From Nitrospirales bacterium (GTDB lineage Bacteria > Nitrospirota > Nitrospiria > Nitrospirales > UBA8639): a stretch of DNA of 64,000 nt. Under the pieces are notes generated by a model that was not told the DNA's origin, did not search any database, and saw only the letters and a program-made list of their open reading frames with translations. Numbering within the stretch: position 1 is the first letter of the stretch; each line of letters starts with the position of its first letter. Shown here in pieces: positions 50,884 through 60,772 of this stretch. The position numbers were made by a program, and so were the translations under genes. Location of the stretch: positions 2,016,001-2,080,000 of the forward strand of contig OY729426.1 of the NCBI GenBank assembly GCA_963422365.1, read 5' to 3'.

Positions 50884-51460
50884 AGACGAGACTCATACGA
50901 GACTCAAAGGAAGTGGATTGATATTTCACGCTGGAGACCAGGTGATTTTCATCGAACTTTATGACGACCGTGAGGGTTCGTTGCGTTTGAGATTGCGAGC
51001 CAGCACTGCTTGAAGCGCGTTGCGATCTGCTTTCACCGACGCCGGAGACTGTGCCAAATATGCCCAGAGAAAATGCCTGAGCTGACGAAGCACTCTGTCT
51101 CTGTCCCTGTCTCCTTGGGATGACCCTGATTGCGACGTCTCCGTGGCGATCTTGTCATAAATCCATGTGTCATTGCCATCCTTGTCCTGGGTAACGATGT
51201 TGGGCGATCCAAGCGCCGAGGCTATGTCCGCCTGCGACATACCTTCCTTAATGAAACTCTGAACCACACCCAGCGTCATTTTCCTTTCCTTCGTCGAACC
51301 AAGCTCCTGCTGATGCTCGGCCGCGGTTTTTTTGCGGCGGCTGTGTCGGCACGGGTGGGGTGGAGAGCGGCGCACACCCGATAACCAGGAAGAGAACGAC
51401 ACAGCCCCCTGGCAGACATTTCACTTTGATGGCTTCAAACACGATTTTTCCGCATGGCAT
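50873..51460 (-). pseudogene. BamE/SmpA-like lipoprotein, two frameshifts
   Basis: Lipobox LVIGC in one frame; IKEGMSQADIASALGSPNIVT...TWIYDK in a second; QRTLTVVIKFDENHLVSSVKYQSTSF in a third. Confidence 0.75.
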
Positions 51461-51470
51461 GTAATTTGCG

Positions 51471-52072
51471 TCATAATTTCTCCCTTTCAATAAACAGCCC
51501 TTTTTCGAGCTTGACAAAAAAGTCTTGGTGGAATTTCGCTTCCGTGATGGCCTCATGCGTCACGTCCGCGTTGAATCCGCTAGTGCTTGTTTCCGCCAAC
51601 CGAGCCGACAGGCGAACCCTGGTTTTCTCACCAAACGGCGTCAACGTCAGAGTGGCTTCAACCCTGGAATACGTCGATTCGGAGACGCTGAAGCCCATAC
51701 CAACGAAACCTTTGGCAAAAGCGGTTGCGAATCATCAATGTCTTTTTTGAACAGATTCCTTATGCGCCGACAACAATCCCAGATCGACATTGGCATTCTG
51801 AACGACACACCCGTCATCCTGCAAAACCGCTAACGCCACCGACATTATTTTGTTCTTATCGGCGTCATCCCACTCGCGGGGTTGCATCTTGCGGATCTGC
51901 AACTGCGTCAGTTGAGGCTTCTTTTTGGCGTCTTCCCTGGCTTGCTCATCACTGGCTTTGGCTGCCGCCATTGCACCCATCACAGCCTGGACGCAACCGC
52001 TCATGGTGACACCCACCATCGTCATAAAAGCCGCTACGGTGATGGAATACGGTAACCTTTTGCGTTGTTCAT
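51471..52072 (-). pseudogene. Lipoprotein (partner of the BamE-like gene), disrupted
   Basis: Frameshift near 52060; lipobox MSGC; QIRKMQPREW...AVLQDDG...DLGLLSA, then in-frame TGA TGA (51737-51732), then VEATLTLTPFG...FFVKLEKGLFIEREKL. Confidence 0.75.
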
Positions 52073-52432
52073 GGACAGACTATTCCTTACTCAGCCTCCT
52101 GATAAAAACATGTCGTTGAAGCAATTTTGGGAAATGACGTCATGAGGCAATCACCAAATAGAACGCTCTGAGACCGAATCGCTCCTCCAGCCTTGGCGCC
52201 AAGGTCGTGGCGATGAGAGCCACATCGTGGGTGAAATCGGATTAATCCGTCAGAGCAGGGAAAGGTCGGTAGAAGGGAAACCGGGACAACAAGCTTTACG
52301 GCGAGTGCTTGCTGAAAAGCGCGTATCGAAATGATGTTCGCGCTTGAGTATGGCGTCAGATATTTAGGGGGAGGGGAAAAATGATGTCACGCCGCACATC
52401 GCACGAGATGCGGATTGGGCAGGAATGGTGAA

Positions 52433-52777
52433 TCATGATACGGTATGATTAATGGATTGTGAGAAAGATTGCAAGCCGTTTTTTTTGTCCAGTGGAACAT
52501 GAAACCGCATACCCATCGATTCATTGCAACTATGGCGAGGGCCAACGGCGTACATACGGCCGTGGCCAATCAATGGACCACCTAGAACACCGTGAACCTC
52601 CAGGTCAGGCAACAAGGAATAGACAAATGGAGGTAAACCAAAGGCTAAGACACCTATTAGCATCAATCGTGACCGATTTACAACGTCGGACGACGTTCCA
52701 ATCGGAAGCTTTAGAAGGATACCCATCATGGTCAAAGCGGCGACAATGAATCCACCGTGACCGGCTCCGCGCCTCAT
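52433..52777 (-). CDS. Hypothetical membrane protein or fragment
   Basis: 114 aa ORF with hydrophobic segments; no recognisable family. Confidence 0.3.
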   Translation of the reverse strand: MRRGAGHGGFIVAALTMMGILLKLPIGTSSDVVNRSRLMLIGVLAFGLPPFVYSLLPDLEVHGVLGGPLIGHGRMYAVGPRHSCNESMGMRFHVPLDKKNGLQSFSQSINHTVS

Positions 52778-52895
52778 GTTTCAGCAAACGGCTCTAAGGC
52801 CGGCATTCAGACCAAGTTGTAGCTGACAAAAGAGCAAAACCCAACGCCACACAGCAGAAAAAATTGGGATAACGGTCATTCGTGTAAATATTCAC

Positions 52896-54091
52896 TCATT
52901 CGTTGAGAATGCTCGCTCCCACCCCGGGGGAGACAAAGGCGCGCAGTTCTGCGGCGAATTCGCGGACACCGACCGCCTCCAAGGTTTTCGAGATCTGGTA
53001 GCAGTCGGCGACGGCATGAACGACGAAAGCGCGCGACGGTTCGAGGTCCGCACAGGCGAAGTGGAATCCACGCTCGACACTGGCGGACAGCGAACGCTTG
53101 ATCTCGATCGCCCACAACGCGCCGTCGTCATGCTCGACCACTAGGTCAATTTCGGCGCCGGCGGTCGTTCCATAGAAGAACGGCGTCACCATTTGCGGCA
53201 GGACGGTCAGCCGCGTCTCGAGGACGAACCCCTCCCAGCTCCTGCCAACCCCCGGATGACCCGCAAGCTGCTCCAGCGACGCAATTCCTAACAGGGCATG
53301 CACCAAACCGCTGTCCCGCACGCACACCTTCGGCGACTTCACGAGACGCTTGCCGGTATTGATCCGGAAGGGCGATAACCGGCGCAGCAGCAGCAAGTCG
53401 GCCAACAGATCAATGTAGCGGGTCACCGATTGCGCGCCCACCTCCAGCGCCCTGGCTAGATCCAAGCATTCAGCGTCGCTCCCTGACGGTGTGCAAGCAT
53501 CGTCCACAGCCAATCCATAGTCGTAACCGGGATACGCGAACCGAATACCGCGACGTCACGCTTCAAGTAGCGTACGGATGAAGTTCTTGCGCAAGGCCAA
53601 GCTGTCCCCGGTCGCTGCCGCTGTCAAGGAACCCGCCACGCAGCCACAACCGCTCACGCGGCAGGCGTGCGTCCTCGATCTCACGTGCGGAAAAAGGCGC
53701 CATGTCGATATACGTGATGCGCCCGGCCAGCGTTTCCCCAGATTGTCGTAGCAGGTCAATCGAGGCGGAGCCCAGTACCAGGAACCGACCTTTACCTTCC
53801 CCTTGCGTCTGCCCCTGTCGAGAACGCCGTGCAGGATCTGAAACAATTCCGGCATTCAGTGGATTTCGTCGAGGATGACGAGCCGGTCTTCTCGTTGTCG
53901 AAGAACAGCACGGGTTCCGCGAGCCGGTTACGGTCGTCCCGATCTTCGAGATCAAGATAAAGCGCATCGCGCGAGCGACCGATTTCCAGCGCCAATGTCG
54001 TCTTGCCAACCTGCCGTGGCCCAACCAGGGCGACGGCGGCTTGACGGTGAAGAGCGTCTTCGACGTCGCGCGTAATGAGTCTTTTGATCAT
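52896..54091 (-). pseudogene. AAA_14 + DUF4143 ATPase, multiple frameshifts
   Basis: Fragments in different frames: GPRQVGKTT/LYLDLE; FLVLGSASIDLLRQSGETLAGRI..LWLRGGF; KRLVKSPK..RDSGL, EIDLV..AIEIK. High GC. Confidence 0.88.
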
Positions 54092-54741
54092 TATTGTATT
54101 TTATCCATATTATGGATCTTTTGTAAGATAAATGGCCTAATGACATGCTAAGAGAACAATCAAATGCCAGACAATGATTGAGGATGAGTTACTGAAGGAG
54201 GAAATTCACGGGGAAGCGTTTTACAACAGCAACCTGTTTAAGGATCTCAAGCCGGCTGTGGAGGATCGGCAAGACAGCCCGAACGGTTTGCACGTAAGAC
54301 AACAAGGTTCTTTAGCTGTTTACGCCCACGCCAGCGATTCAGATTGCGAACTAGCCCAGGAGGCAACTGTTGTACTTTCCGGACTCCACGTACACCCTGT
54401 GTACGCTAGGGATAATAACAACACAAGAAGGAGGGCATCTATCGAGAGTAACGAAAAACGTTCGGACAGCCGCCGATACCAGAGGAAGAGAGAAAGGTTC
54501 AACACACGATGAAATCGTGCACCCTGAGACTGGCGGCGAGTCACACGCCACGCTGAGAAAGGCAAGCCACACGCCTGTGGATTTGTCAGACTCGCAGTGC
54601 CACCTACTACGACTTCAAAGAAAGCATAGCGGTATGACAACTAATGTTCACAATAATACCCCCCCCCCAGACTGCTGAGTGGAGGCGCCTGCAATGGTCA
54701 TGACTGGTTCACGCCTTTCCCCCTGTTTCATGGGAGAGGAT

Positions 54742-55462
54742 ATGAATGTTTAACCTTGCTCTCGGCGGTCTGTACACTCCTGGTCTTGCTCACCGGCTGC
54801 GTAGCCATTCACACCTCGGTGGCCAAAAAAGATCTGGATGTGCAAACCAAAATGAGTGACGCCATTTTTGTTGATCCAGTGGGGGCGGAAAAACACGTTG
54901 TCTTTATCCAGGTGCGCAACACCTCTGATAAGCAAAATTTCGACATTGAATCCTTCCTCAAAACCGCCATTGCTGCCAAGGGGTACCGCGTGACGGACGA
55001 TCCCGATACTGCGCACTTCAAACCCTTAGTGCAGATCCTAAATGCCTCGAAGAGTAGTCCGAGCGCTGCGCAAGCTGCGCTGGCCAACGGTTATGGGGGT
55101 GCCCTCGCCGGCGCCACCATTGGGGTGGGGCCGGGGGTTTATCGGCGGCGGCGTAGACGGACTCGTCGGGGGATTAGTAGACACCGTTGCCAATGCCACA
55201 GTCAAAGATGTGACCTACCTAGCGATCACCGACGTTCAACTTTCCAAAAAGACCAAACAAGGCATGACAGGGAGATGTGCCTTAGTGGGTGGCGACAGCC
55301 AAGGCGTTGGCGGTGTGAACGTGCAGACCTTTTCGGAAACCACAGATGAAAAGCGCTACCGCACCCGGTAAGCACAGCCAACAAGGTCAATCTGGAATAC
55401 AGCGAAGTAGCGCCTGAACTGAATGCTGGGCTGACGCGTTCCCTTGCCAGTGGCTGTTTTAG
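54742..55462 (+). pseudogene. traT: TraT complement-resistance/surface-exclusion-like lipoprotein, frameshifted
   Basis: LTGC lipobox, DLDVQTKMSDAIFVDPV, VRNTSDK, KGYRVTDDP; shifts to VKDVTYLAITDVQLS...YRTR, then to STANKVNL. Confidence 0.82.
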
Positions 55463-55569
55463 CCACTGGCGCATATACTCCAAGTTTCATGCGGGGTTTT
55501 CACCTCTCAGTAGAGGGTCGTCTCCATTGACGGCCCTCGCGCTCTGGCTGCCCGAAGACCCTCCGTGGT

Positions 55570-55730
55570 ATCCCCTCGCGGGTTTGCATCTTGCGGATCT
55601 GTATCATTTCAGGCTTTTTGAGGGCGTCCTCCAAGGCTTGTTGCTCCGCCCGGCTTTGGCCTGCCGCCATTACGCCCATGGCAGCCCGAGTGCAACCATT
55701 TATCATGACACCGGTTGTTTCATGGCGCAA
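55570..55730 (-). pseudogene. 5' fragment paralogous to the lipoprotein at 51471-52072
   Basis: GC..AAMGVMAA...EQQALEDALKKP..QIRKMQTRE versus GCVQAVMGAMAA...EQAREDAKKKP..QIRKMQPRE. Confidence 0.7.
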
Positions 55731-55893
55731 CCATGGGATCGGCATTGGCCGTATGCGGCCATCGACTGTGCATAGCTTCCTCTCACTCATCCAACCGGTA
55801 ACCGGCCTTGCCACCGGACGGTTGGCCTGTGGTTGACAAGTCGATTGTTTCCTGAGTCTCTTTACATTCGTGCATCGTGAGTTCGTTCAGAAA

Positions 55894-55931
55894 CGCTTGT
55901 CTCATATGTCCTGAACGAGTACCTGTCCTTG
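55894..55931 (+). repeat. 38-bp direct repeat, copy 1
   Basis: CGCTTGTCTCATATGTCCTGAACGAGTACCTGTCCTTG; 34/38 identical to 57286-57323. Confidence 0.85.
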
Positions 55932-55993
55932 AAAAGGTAAAGAAAAGGGAAGAAACTCTGTTCGAAGATGTCTTTGTTCGGAAGGGTCATAAG

Positions 55994-56311
55994 ATGCGAT
56001 GGTTAAATGTTTGGACTTGGTGGGTGTTATTGATATGTGGGTGTGCCACTTTGATTCTGCCAAACATCCCCTTCTATCAGGCAGGGATGTCTTTCAGGTA
56101 TGAATTAGGCGGAATGGCATTAGTCGTCATATACCTCTCGTTTGGATTTGGGAGCCTTGGCCTCTACGGTCTTGTGATGGCCGGACTAGGGTGGAAGCTG
56201 CCATCCCCCAGAACTTCCAAGACTCTCAAGATCGGATTGGCTGCAATCAGTTTTGCCGTGGCATTGGTGTGGTGTTACCTGACCTTCATGGACCTCACGT
56301 TAGCCCTCTAA
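55994..56311 (+). CDS. Small three-TM membrane protein
   Basis: MRWLNVWTWWVLL...; three hydrophobic helices. Confidence 0.6.
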   Translation: MRWLNVWTWWVLLICGCATLILPNIPFYQAGMSFRYELGGMALVVIYLSFGFGSLGLYGLVMAGLGWKLPSPRTSKTLKIGLAAISFAVALVWCYLTFMDLTLAL

Positions 56312-56322
56312 TATCCAGAAAC

Positions 56323-57036
56323 ATGTTTGCGATCCGACGGGTACCGACACATCAATCAGTCATAGAATCACCGGGTGATGGCTTTTTGTGCTGGAAGCAT
56401 GTTGTGCAAGCAATGGTTCTTGGTATGTCAGTGGTGGTGTTGGCGAAATGGGGAACCGGCCTTCCATCCTGGCAAGATGTGATTGCTTCGGAGAACGGAC
56501 CGGTTGAACGCATGAGTGCAGCCTTGTGGTTTATGGGGTTTTCGTGGAGTCTCGTTGCGGCCTCTGCCCAACGAGTACGAACGATGGAATGGTTGAGTGT
56601 TGCGATGTTCCTTCTGTTATTCGGCTTACGAGAATTAGATGCCCATAGGTGGAGCACAGGATGGAATCTGGATAAACTTGCGAATTATTGGAATCCACAT
56701 TTTCCCGTAGGTGAGAAAATGGTGGTGCTGGGATTGATGGTTTTGCCATGTATAGGGGTCGGAGGTCTGGTCTGTCTGAGGTTATGGCAAACGGTCAGGC
56801 AGGCATGGAGAGCCGGTGAATCCTGGGTGAACCACTTGGTGTTGGGTATGCTGCTGCTGGTTGTCTGCTTCTCTCTTGATAAAATTGGCCCCTATACTCT
56901 CCCCCTTCTGGGCGTTAGTGAGGTCGGCCAACTCTTTGCCATGGTCATCGAGGAATTCTTGGAACTCGTGCTTGCGGTATTTACTATGATATCTCTGTGG
57001 CCATACTTGCAGGAAGCATTTGGTGGTTATGAATAA
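56323..57036 (+). CDS. Polytopic membrane protein of unknown function
   Basis: About 6 TM helices with SENGPVE, LRELD, SLDK and IEEFLEL motifs. Start codon uncertain. Confidence 0.7.
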   Translation: MFAIRRVPTHQSVIESPGDGFLCWKHVVQAMVLGMSVVVLAKWGTGLPSWQDVIASENGPVERMSAALWFMGFSWSLVAASAQRVRTMEWLSVAMFLLLFGLRELDAHRWSTGWNLDKLANYWNPHFPVGEKMVVLGLMVLPCIGVGGLVCLRLWQTVRQAWRAGESWVNHLVLGMLLLVVCFSLDKIGPYTLPLLGVSEVGQLFAMVIEEFLELVLAVFTMISLWPYLQEAFGGYE

Positions 57037-57285
57037 TTATTGGACGAGCCGGACAGTGTGTCTTTCTGTTATCAGCGGGACACCAAATGAAGGAGGTCCT
57101 TCGACATGAAAAGCTTCTTGGCGGTCATTCAACCACAAAACGGGGCTTGCGGTGGAGCTCGACCTGCCGAATCGAGCCCTCCTGGCTTGGAAGCGGGTCG
57201 ATCGCACCGTCCCCCCCCCTCACCAGGACCTAGACACCAATCCGCCGAGTCTCTTGAACAGTGCCATCAGGGATTGGTCCCGACC

Positions 57286-57323
57286 CGCCTGTCTCAGATG
57301 TCCTGAACGAGTACCCGTCTTTG
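57286..57323 (+). repeat. 38-bp direct repeat, copy 2
   Basis: CGCCTGTCTCAGATGTCCTGAACGAGTACCCGTCTTTG. Confidence 0.85.
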
Positions 57324-57349
57324 TGCTTCCAACAAGATCTTGTTACAAT
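57321..57349 (+). promoter_or_regulatory. Putative sigma70 promoter of the helicase gene pair with a palindromic operator
   Basis: TTGTGC-N17-TACAAT with TG extension; perfect palindrome AACAAGATCTTGTT at 57331-57344. Confidence 0.55.
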
Positions 57350-57360
57350 TTCTTCCATTC

Positions 57361-59220
57361 ATGCCGCCTGCCATTCATCCAGTCGATCTTCTCCGAGTCC
57401 TTCGACACCAACATCTGACCCCGGCCATTGTCTTTTTGACCTCTCGGCGCGCCTGTGATGAGGCCATTGAGAGCTTCGAACACCGACAGATCCCTATTCA
57501 AGCCACGCGATCCGCAGCCATCACGCAAGTCCTGGAAAAGATGATTGCCGAATATCCCAGTATCGCCAACCACCCCTTGATTCCCAGGGTTCAACGGTAC
57601 GGAGTGGCTGCCCATCATGCCGGACATCTGCCGTCCTGGAAAATTGCCGTTGAAGAACTCATGCGCAATGGGTGTTTGGATGCAGTCTTTGCAACCGCCA
57701 CGTTAGCCGCCGGCGTGGATTTTCCTGCCCGAACCGTCGTCATTACCCAGTCGAGTGTCCGCAAGGATCGCGATATCATGGAACTGACCGTGAACGAAAT
57801 CCAGCAACTTGCCGGTCGTGGCGGAAGACGAGGGAAAGATTACGTGGGCTTCGTTGTGATCACGCCATCGCCGTATATTGACATCGGCCCTATTGCGAAT
57901 GGACTCACGAATCACCCGGAGCCGATCGACAGTCAATTTCTCATCTCCTATCCCATGGTCCTGAATCTCTTGAAGGCCCATACCATCGATCACATTCAAC
58001 CGGTTTTGGAAAAGAGCTTTGCGCAATTTCAGCTCAACCAACGGGCCGATATCTATGAGACAAAGTTAGACAACGTGGAAAAGCAATTGGAGGCCTATGG
58101 CCAACGAGAATGCGCCGATTGGATTACGCAGTGGCAATCCTTTAGCCTTGCCAAAAAACGCCGCTCACACCATCACTCGAAGACACGGCAAGACCCGCCG
58201 GAAGTCTCGGCCCAATTAGCCTTCCTCACACCAGGCCGCGTGGTCGAACTATCCAAAGACCACGCCATCGTCTTGCGTCAATATCGAAGCCGCGGGCAAG
58301 GCTACGCCATGTTGACCGTGGTTCGAAGTCGCGGGCGCATTGTGGAATATCCTGCAAGCGCCGTGACCGCGGTGGTCGACGAAGTCATTGACATCGCGGA
58401 GGCCAGAAAGTTTCCATGGTGCATGCCTCATAGCCTAGATCACGCGATCGAAACATTAGAAAATTTCCCCACTCGATTACGACATCTCCCTATTCGGGTA
58501 GATCAGAACGGCACCGACAACCCGATTCTGACTGAGACGCTCAGCGACGAGTATCCCTGTCCAGCCTGTCCGGCCCGTCATGCGTGTCAAAAGGACCACC
58601 CACAAGCACTCAAGCTACGCCAGGAAAACCATCGGTTCACGAAAACCATTCATGCCTTGCGCACCGAACTCTGGCACCGCTTCCAGCAACACGTGGAAGT
58701 CTTGCAGAAATTCGGCTACCTGACTCCCACGTGTCAGCTCACCCCGGATGGCGACTGGGCACGCTTGATTCGCATCAATCATTCGTTACTCATCACAGAG
58801 TTAATCAGGATGGGGGCGTTTGAAGGGATCAACGCTTCTTTACTGACGGGAATCTTAGCGAGCATCGCGCATGACGATGATCGTCCAGCCTCCTTTCCCG
58901 GACGCAACCAGGCTCTGGCCTCAACCCTCGGACAAGTCCGGAAGGTAGCCCACTCGTTGTCCGCGTATGAAAAACCACCTCTCCTGCGGTCGGACATCGC
59001 AGCGATAGCGGAACTCTGGATCGCCGAATCCACCTTACCTTGGAACGAACTCATTCAATCGACCACCATGGCCGAAGGGGATATCTATCGACTCCTGGCT
59101 CGAAGTTTAGAATATCTCTCTCAACTGCATGGATTACAATCGACTCATCCGTGGTTGGCCAATATCGCGAGGAACGCGATGGATCTCATGCGCCGAGACG
59201 TGCTGCAAGAATTGCCATGA
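57361..59220 (+). CDS. Ski2/HelY-like SF2 helicase, C-terminal half (RecA2, arch/KOW, DSHCT)
   Basis: PAIVFLTSRRACD (IV), GVAAHHAGHLP, VFATATLAAGVDFPARTVV (V), QLAGRGGRRG (VI), TMAEGDIYRLL (DSHCT). No Walker A or B. Confidence 0.9.
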   Translation: MPPAIHPVDLLRVLRHQHLTPAIVFLTSRRACDEAIESFEHRQIPIQATRSAAITQVLEKMIAEYPSIANHPLIPRVQRYGVAAHHAGHLPSWKIAVEELMRNGCLDAVFATATLAAGVDFPARTVVITQSSVRKDRDIMELTVNEIQQLAGRGGRRGKDYVGFVVITPSPYIDIGPIANGLTNHPEPIDSQFLISYPMVLNLLKAHTIDHIQPVLEKSFAQFQLNQRADIYETKLDNVEKQLEAYGQRECADWITQWQSFSLAKKRRSHHHSKTRQDPPEVSAQLAFLTPGRVVELSKDHAIVLRQYRSRGQGYAMLTVVRSRGRIVEYPASAVTAVVDEVIDIAEARKFPWCMPHSLDHAIETLENFPTRLRHLPIRVDQNGTDNPILTETLSDEYPCPACPARHACQKDHPQALKLRQENHRFTKTIHALRTELWHRFQQHVEVLQKFGYLTPTCQLTPDGDWARLIRINHSLLITELIRMGAFEGINASLLTGILASIAHDDDRPASFPGRNQALASTLGQVRKVAHSLSAYEKPPLLRSDIAAIAELWIAESTLPWNELIQSTTMAEGDIYRLLARSLEYLSQLHGLQSTHPWLANIARNAMDLMRRDVLQELP

Positions 59221-60371
59221 GACCAAGTGGAAAACAACGACACCAAGGCTCGCCGCACGTCTCTAGGGGAAGAGAACGAGCCATGGAGAAAATAACTGGA
59301 CGCACTTCAAGGACGCGCATGACGAACGACGCATTAGCAAGCCAATTAGCCAACCTGTCGGTCAAACTGCTCCACCATCTGGCAAAGGGACGAGTGCCTC
59401 GACATTTTCGAATGGGGAAGGACCGAATTATTCAAACGCTCTTAGGCTTGCCCTCTGATCAGCAAGCAGAAGTTGGAACGGCCATCGAGTCTATCCTTGG
59501 CACGCCCGCACACTCTCCCAAAACGTCCGAACCGAAGCAACCACCAAAACCCGATGCACCGTCTGCATCCTCCCCACCCCAGCAACGGCACAACGCAACA
59601 TCGGAACCGGCTATCAGTACGAAGGTGCTTTTTGAAGGCATTGGCATTCCTCCGCCACAACCCTTCAAGCCTGATGAGTGGCAACAAGAAGCGATCGACT
59701 CCTTAGCGACCAATGACGTGATTTTGAGTGTACCCACTGGCAGCGGCAAAACCTACGTTGCGATAGAAGCCATGGGACGGGCCATCGATGCAGAGCAAAC
59801 AGTCATTTACACGTCACCTTTGAAGGCACTCTCAAACACAAAGCTGACGGAGTTTTCACAGATTTTTGGTGCTGACCAAGTCGGCATTCTTACAGGCGAC
59901 CGTCGTGACAATCCGCAAGCTCCCATTCTGATCATGACTACGGAGATCCTGCGGAATTTACTGTACGATGCCGCAAGCGGTGAGATCGACGTGCGGTTGG
60001 ATACATTAGGCTTGATCATTTTGGATGAATCGCAATTTCTCGCTGATCCGGAACGTGGAGTAGTCTGGGAAGAAACGATTATTTTTTGTCCTGCGCAATC
60101 TCAATTACTGCTGCTGTCAGCCTCCATCGGAAACCCTGACGAAGTCGCTGCCTGGATTAGCCGGATTCGTTCCAGATCCTGCCATCTTGTCCATCATCGA
60201 AATCGCTCCGTCCCGCTTCGCGCAGCCTACCTCGATCCCTCTGGAAAACTCGCACCCTTCTTCCGCACTCGAGACATTGCTCACGGCAAAGGCTTTGCCA
60301 TCCACTCCGAAACCAAACGCTTGTTTGCGAACTATGAAGACCGAACCCTCGGTCCGCGATACAGACGATGA
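59217..60371 (+). CDS. Ski2/HelY-like SF2 helicase, N-terminal half (RecA1) with extra N-terminal domain
   Basis: PDEWQQEAI (Q motif), PTGSGKT (I), YTSPLKALSN (Ia), GILTGD, IMTTEILRNLLY, ILDESQ (II), LSAS (III), RSVPL. ATGA overlap with the upstream stop; alternative start 59319. Confidence 0.9.
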   Translation: MRPSGKQRHQGSPHVSRGRERAMEKITGRTSRTRMTNDALASQLANLSVKLLHHLAKGRVPRHFRMGKDRIIQTLLGLPSDQQAEVGTAIESILGTPAHSPKTSEPKQPPKPDAPSASSPPQQRHNATSEPAISTKVLFEGIGIPPPQPFKPDEWQQEAIDSLATNDVILSVPTGSGKTYVAIEAMGRAIDAEQTVIYTSPLKALSNTKLTEFSQIFGADQVGILTGDRRDNPQAPILIMTTEILRNLLYDAASGEIDVRLDTLGLIILDESQFLADPERGVVWEETIIFCPAQSQLLLLSASIGNPDEVAAWISRIRSRSCHLVHHRNRSVPLRAAYLDPSGKLAPFFRTRDIAHGKGFAIHSETKRLFANYEDRTLGPRYRR

Positions 60372-60406
60372 AGCCCAGGGATATGAGAAAGAGGAAAAAA
60401 GACCGC

Positions 60407-60772
60407 TTAGAGTAACCGGCGAGAGGTTTTCTTGTCGGCTTCTGGATTGTTATTCGGCTGGCAGACGTCGCATTGACACATCTGACGAAGTTTACCGAAG
60501 GCATACAGCCCGGTATCATGCCCATCACTCCAAATCAGGCGTAACGCATAATGCCCCACCGGCTGGATATCCTTCAGCATGATCAGCATCGGCACATCAT
60601 CGGGTTTCAGTTTCAACTCACCGGTCCATTCATCCGTACAGGCCGCGCAGGGGCAGTGTACTCGCAGATAACGAATCGGATAGACGCCTTGGTGCCCATC
60701 ACTCCACGCGATGCCGAACACGCCCTTCTCGATCCACTTCATATCTTTAGGATGAATGGTCTCTGTCCCCAT
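60407..60772 (-). CDS. DUF971 (GBBH N-terminal-like) protein
   Basis: WSDGH, LRVHCPCAAC, VGHYAL..WSDGHDTGLY. Confidence 0.9.
   Translation of the reverse strand: MGTETIHPKDMKWIEKGVFGIAWSDGHQGVYPIRYLRVHCPCAACTDEWTGELKLKPDDVPMLIMLKDIQPVGHYALRLIWSDGHDTGLYAFGKLRQMCQCDVCQPNNNPEADKKTSRRLL

Noticed and set aside
51732..51737. Tandem TGA as selenocysteine or recoding
   Set aside because: The gene has another frameshift, the context is not redox-like, and all intact genes use TGA as stop.
52191..52249. Perfect palindromes CCTTGGCGCCAAGG and CGGATTAATCCG
   Set aside because: Isolated; 12-14 bp palindromes are expected by chance in 64 kb.
54174..54512. 112-aa ORF with faint IS3-like DELL...FY similarity
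   Set aside because: No DDE motifs or terminal inverted repeats recognisable.
50500..57300. Integron cassette array or prophage
   Set aside because: No intI, no regular attC sites, mixed gene orientation and no phage genes.
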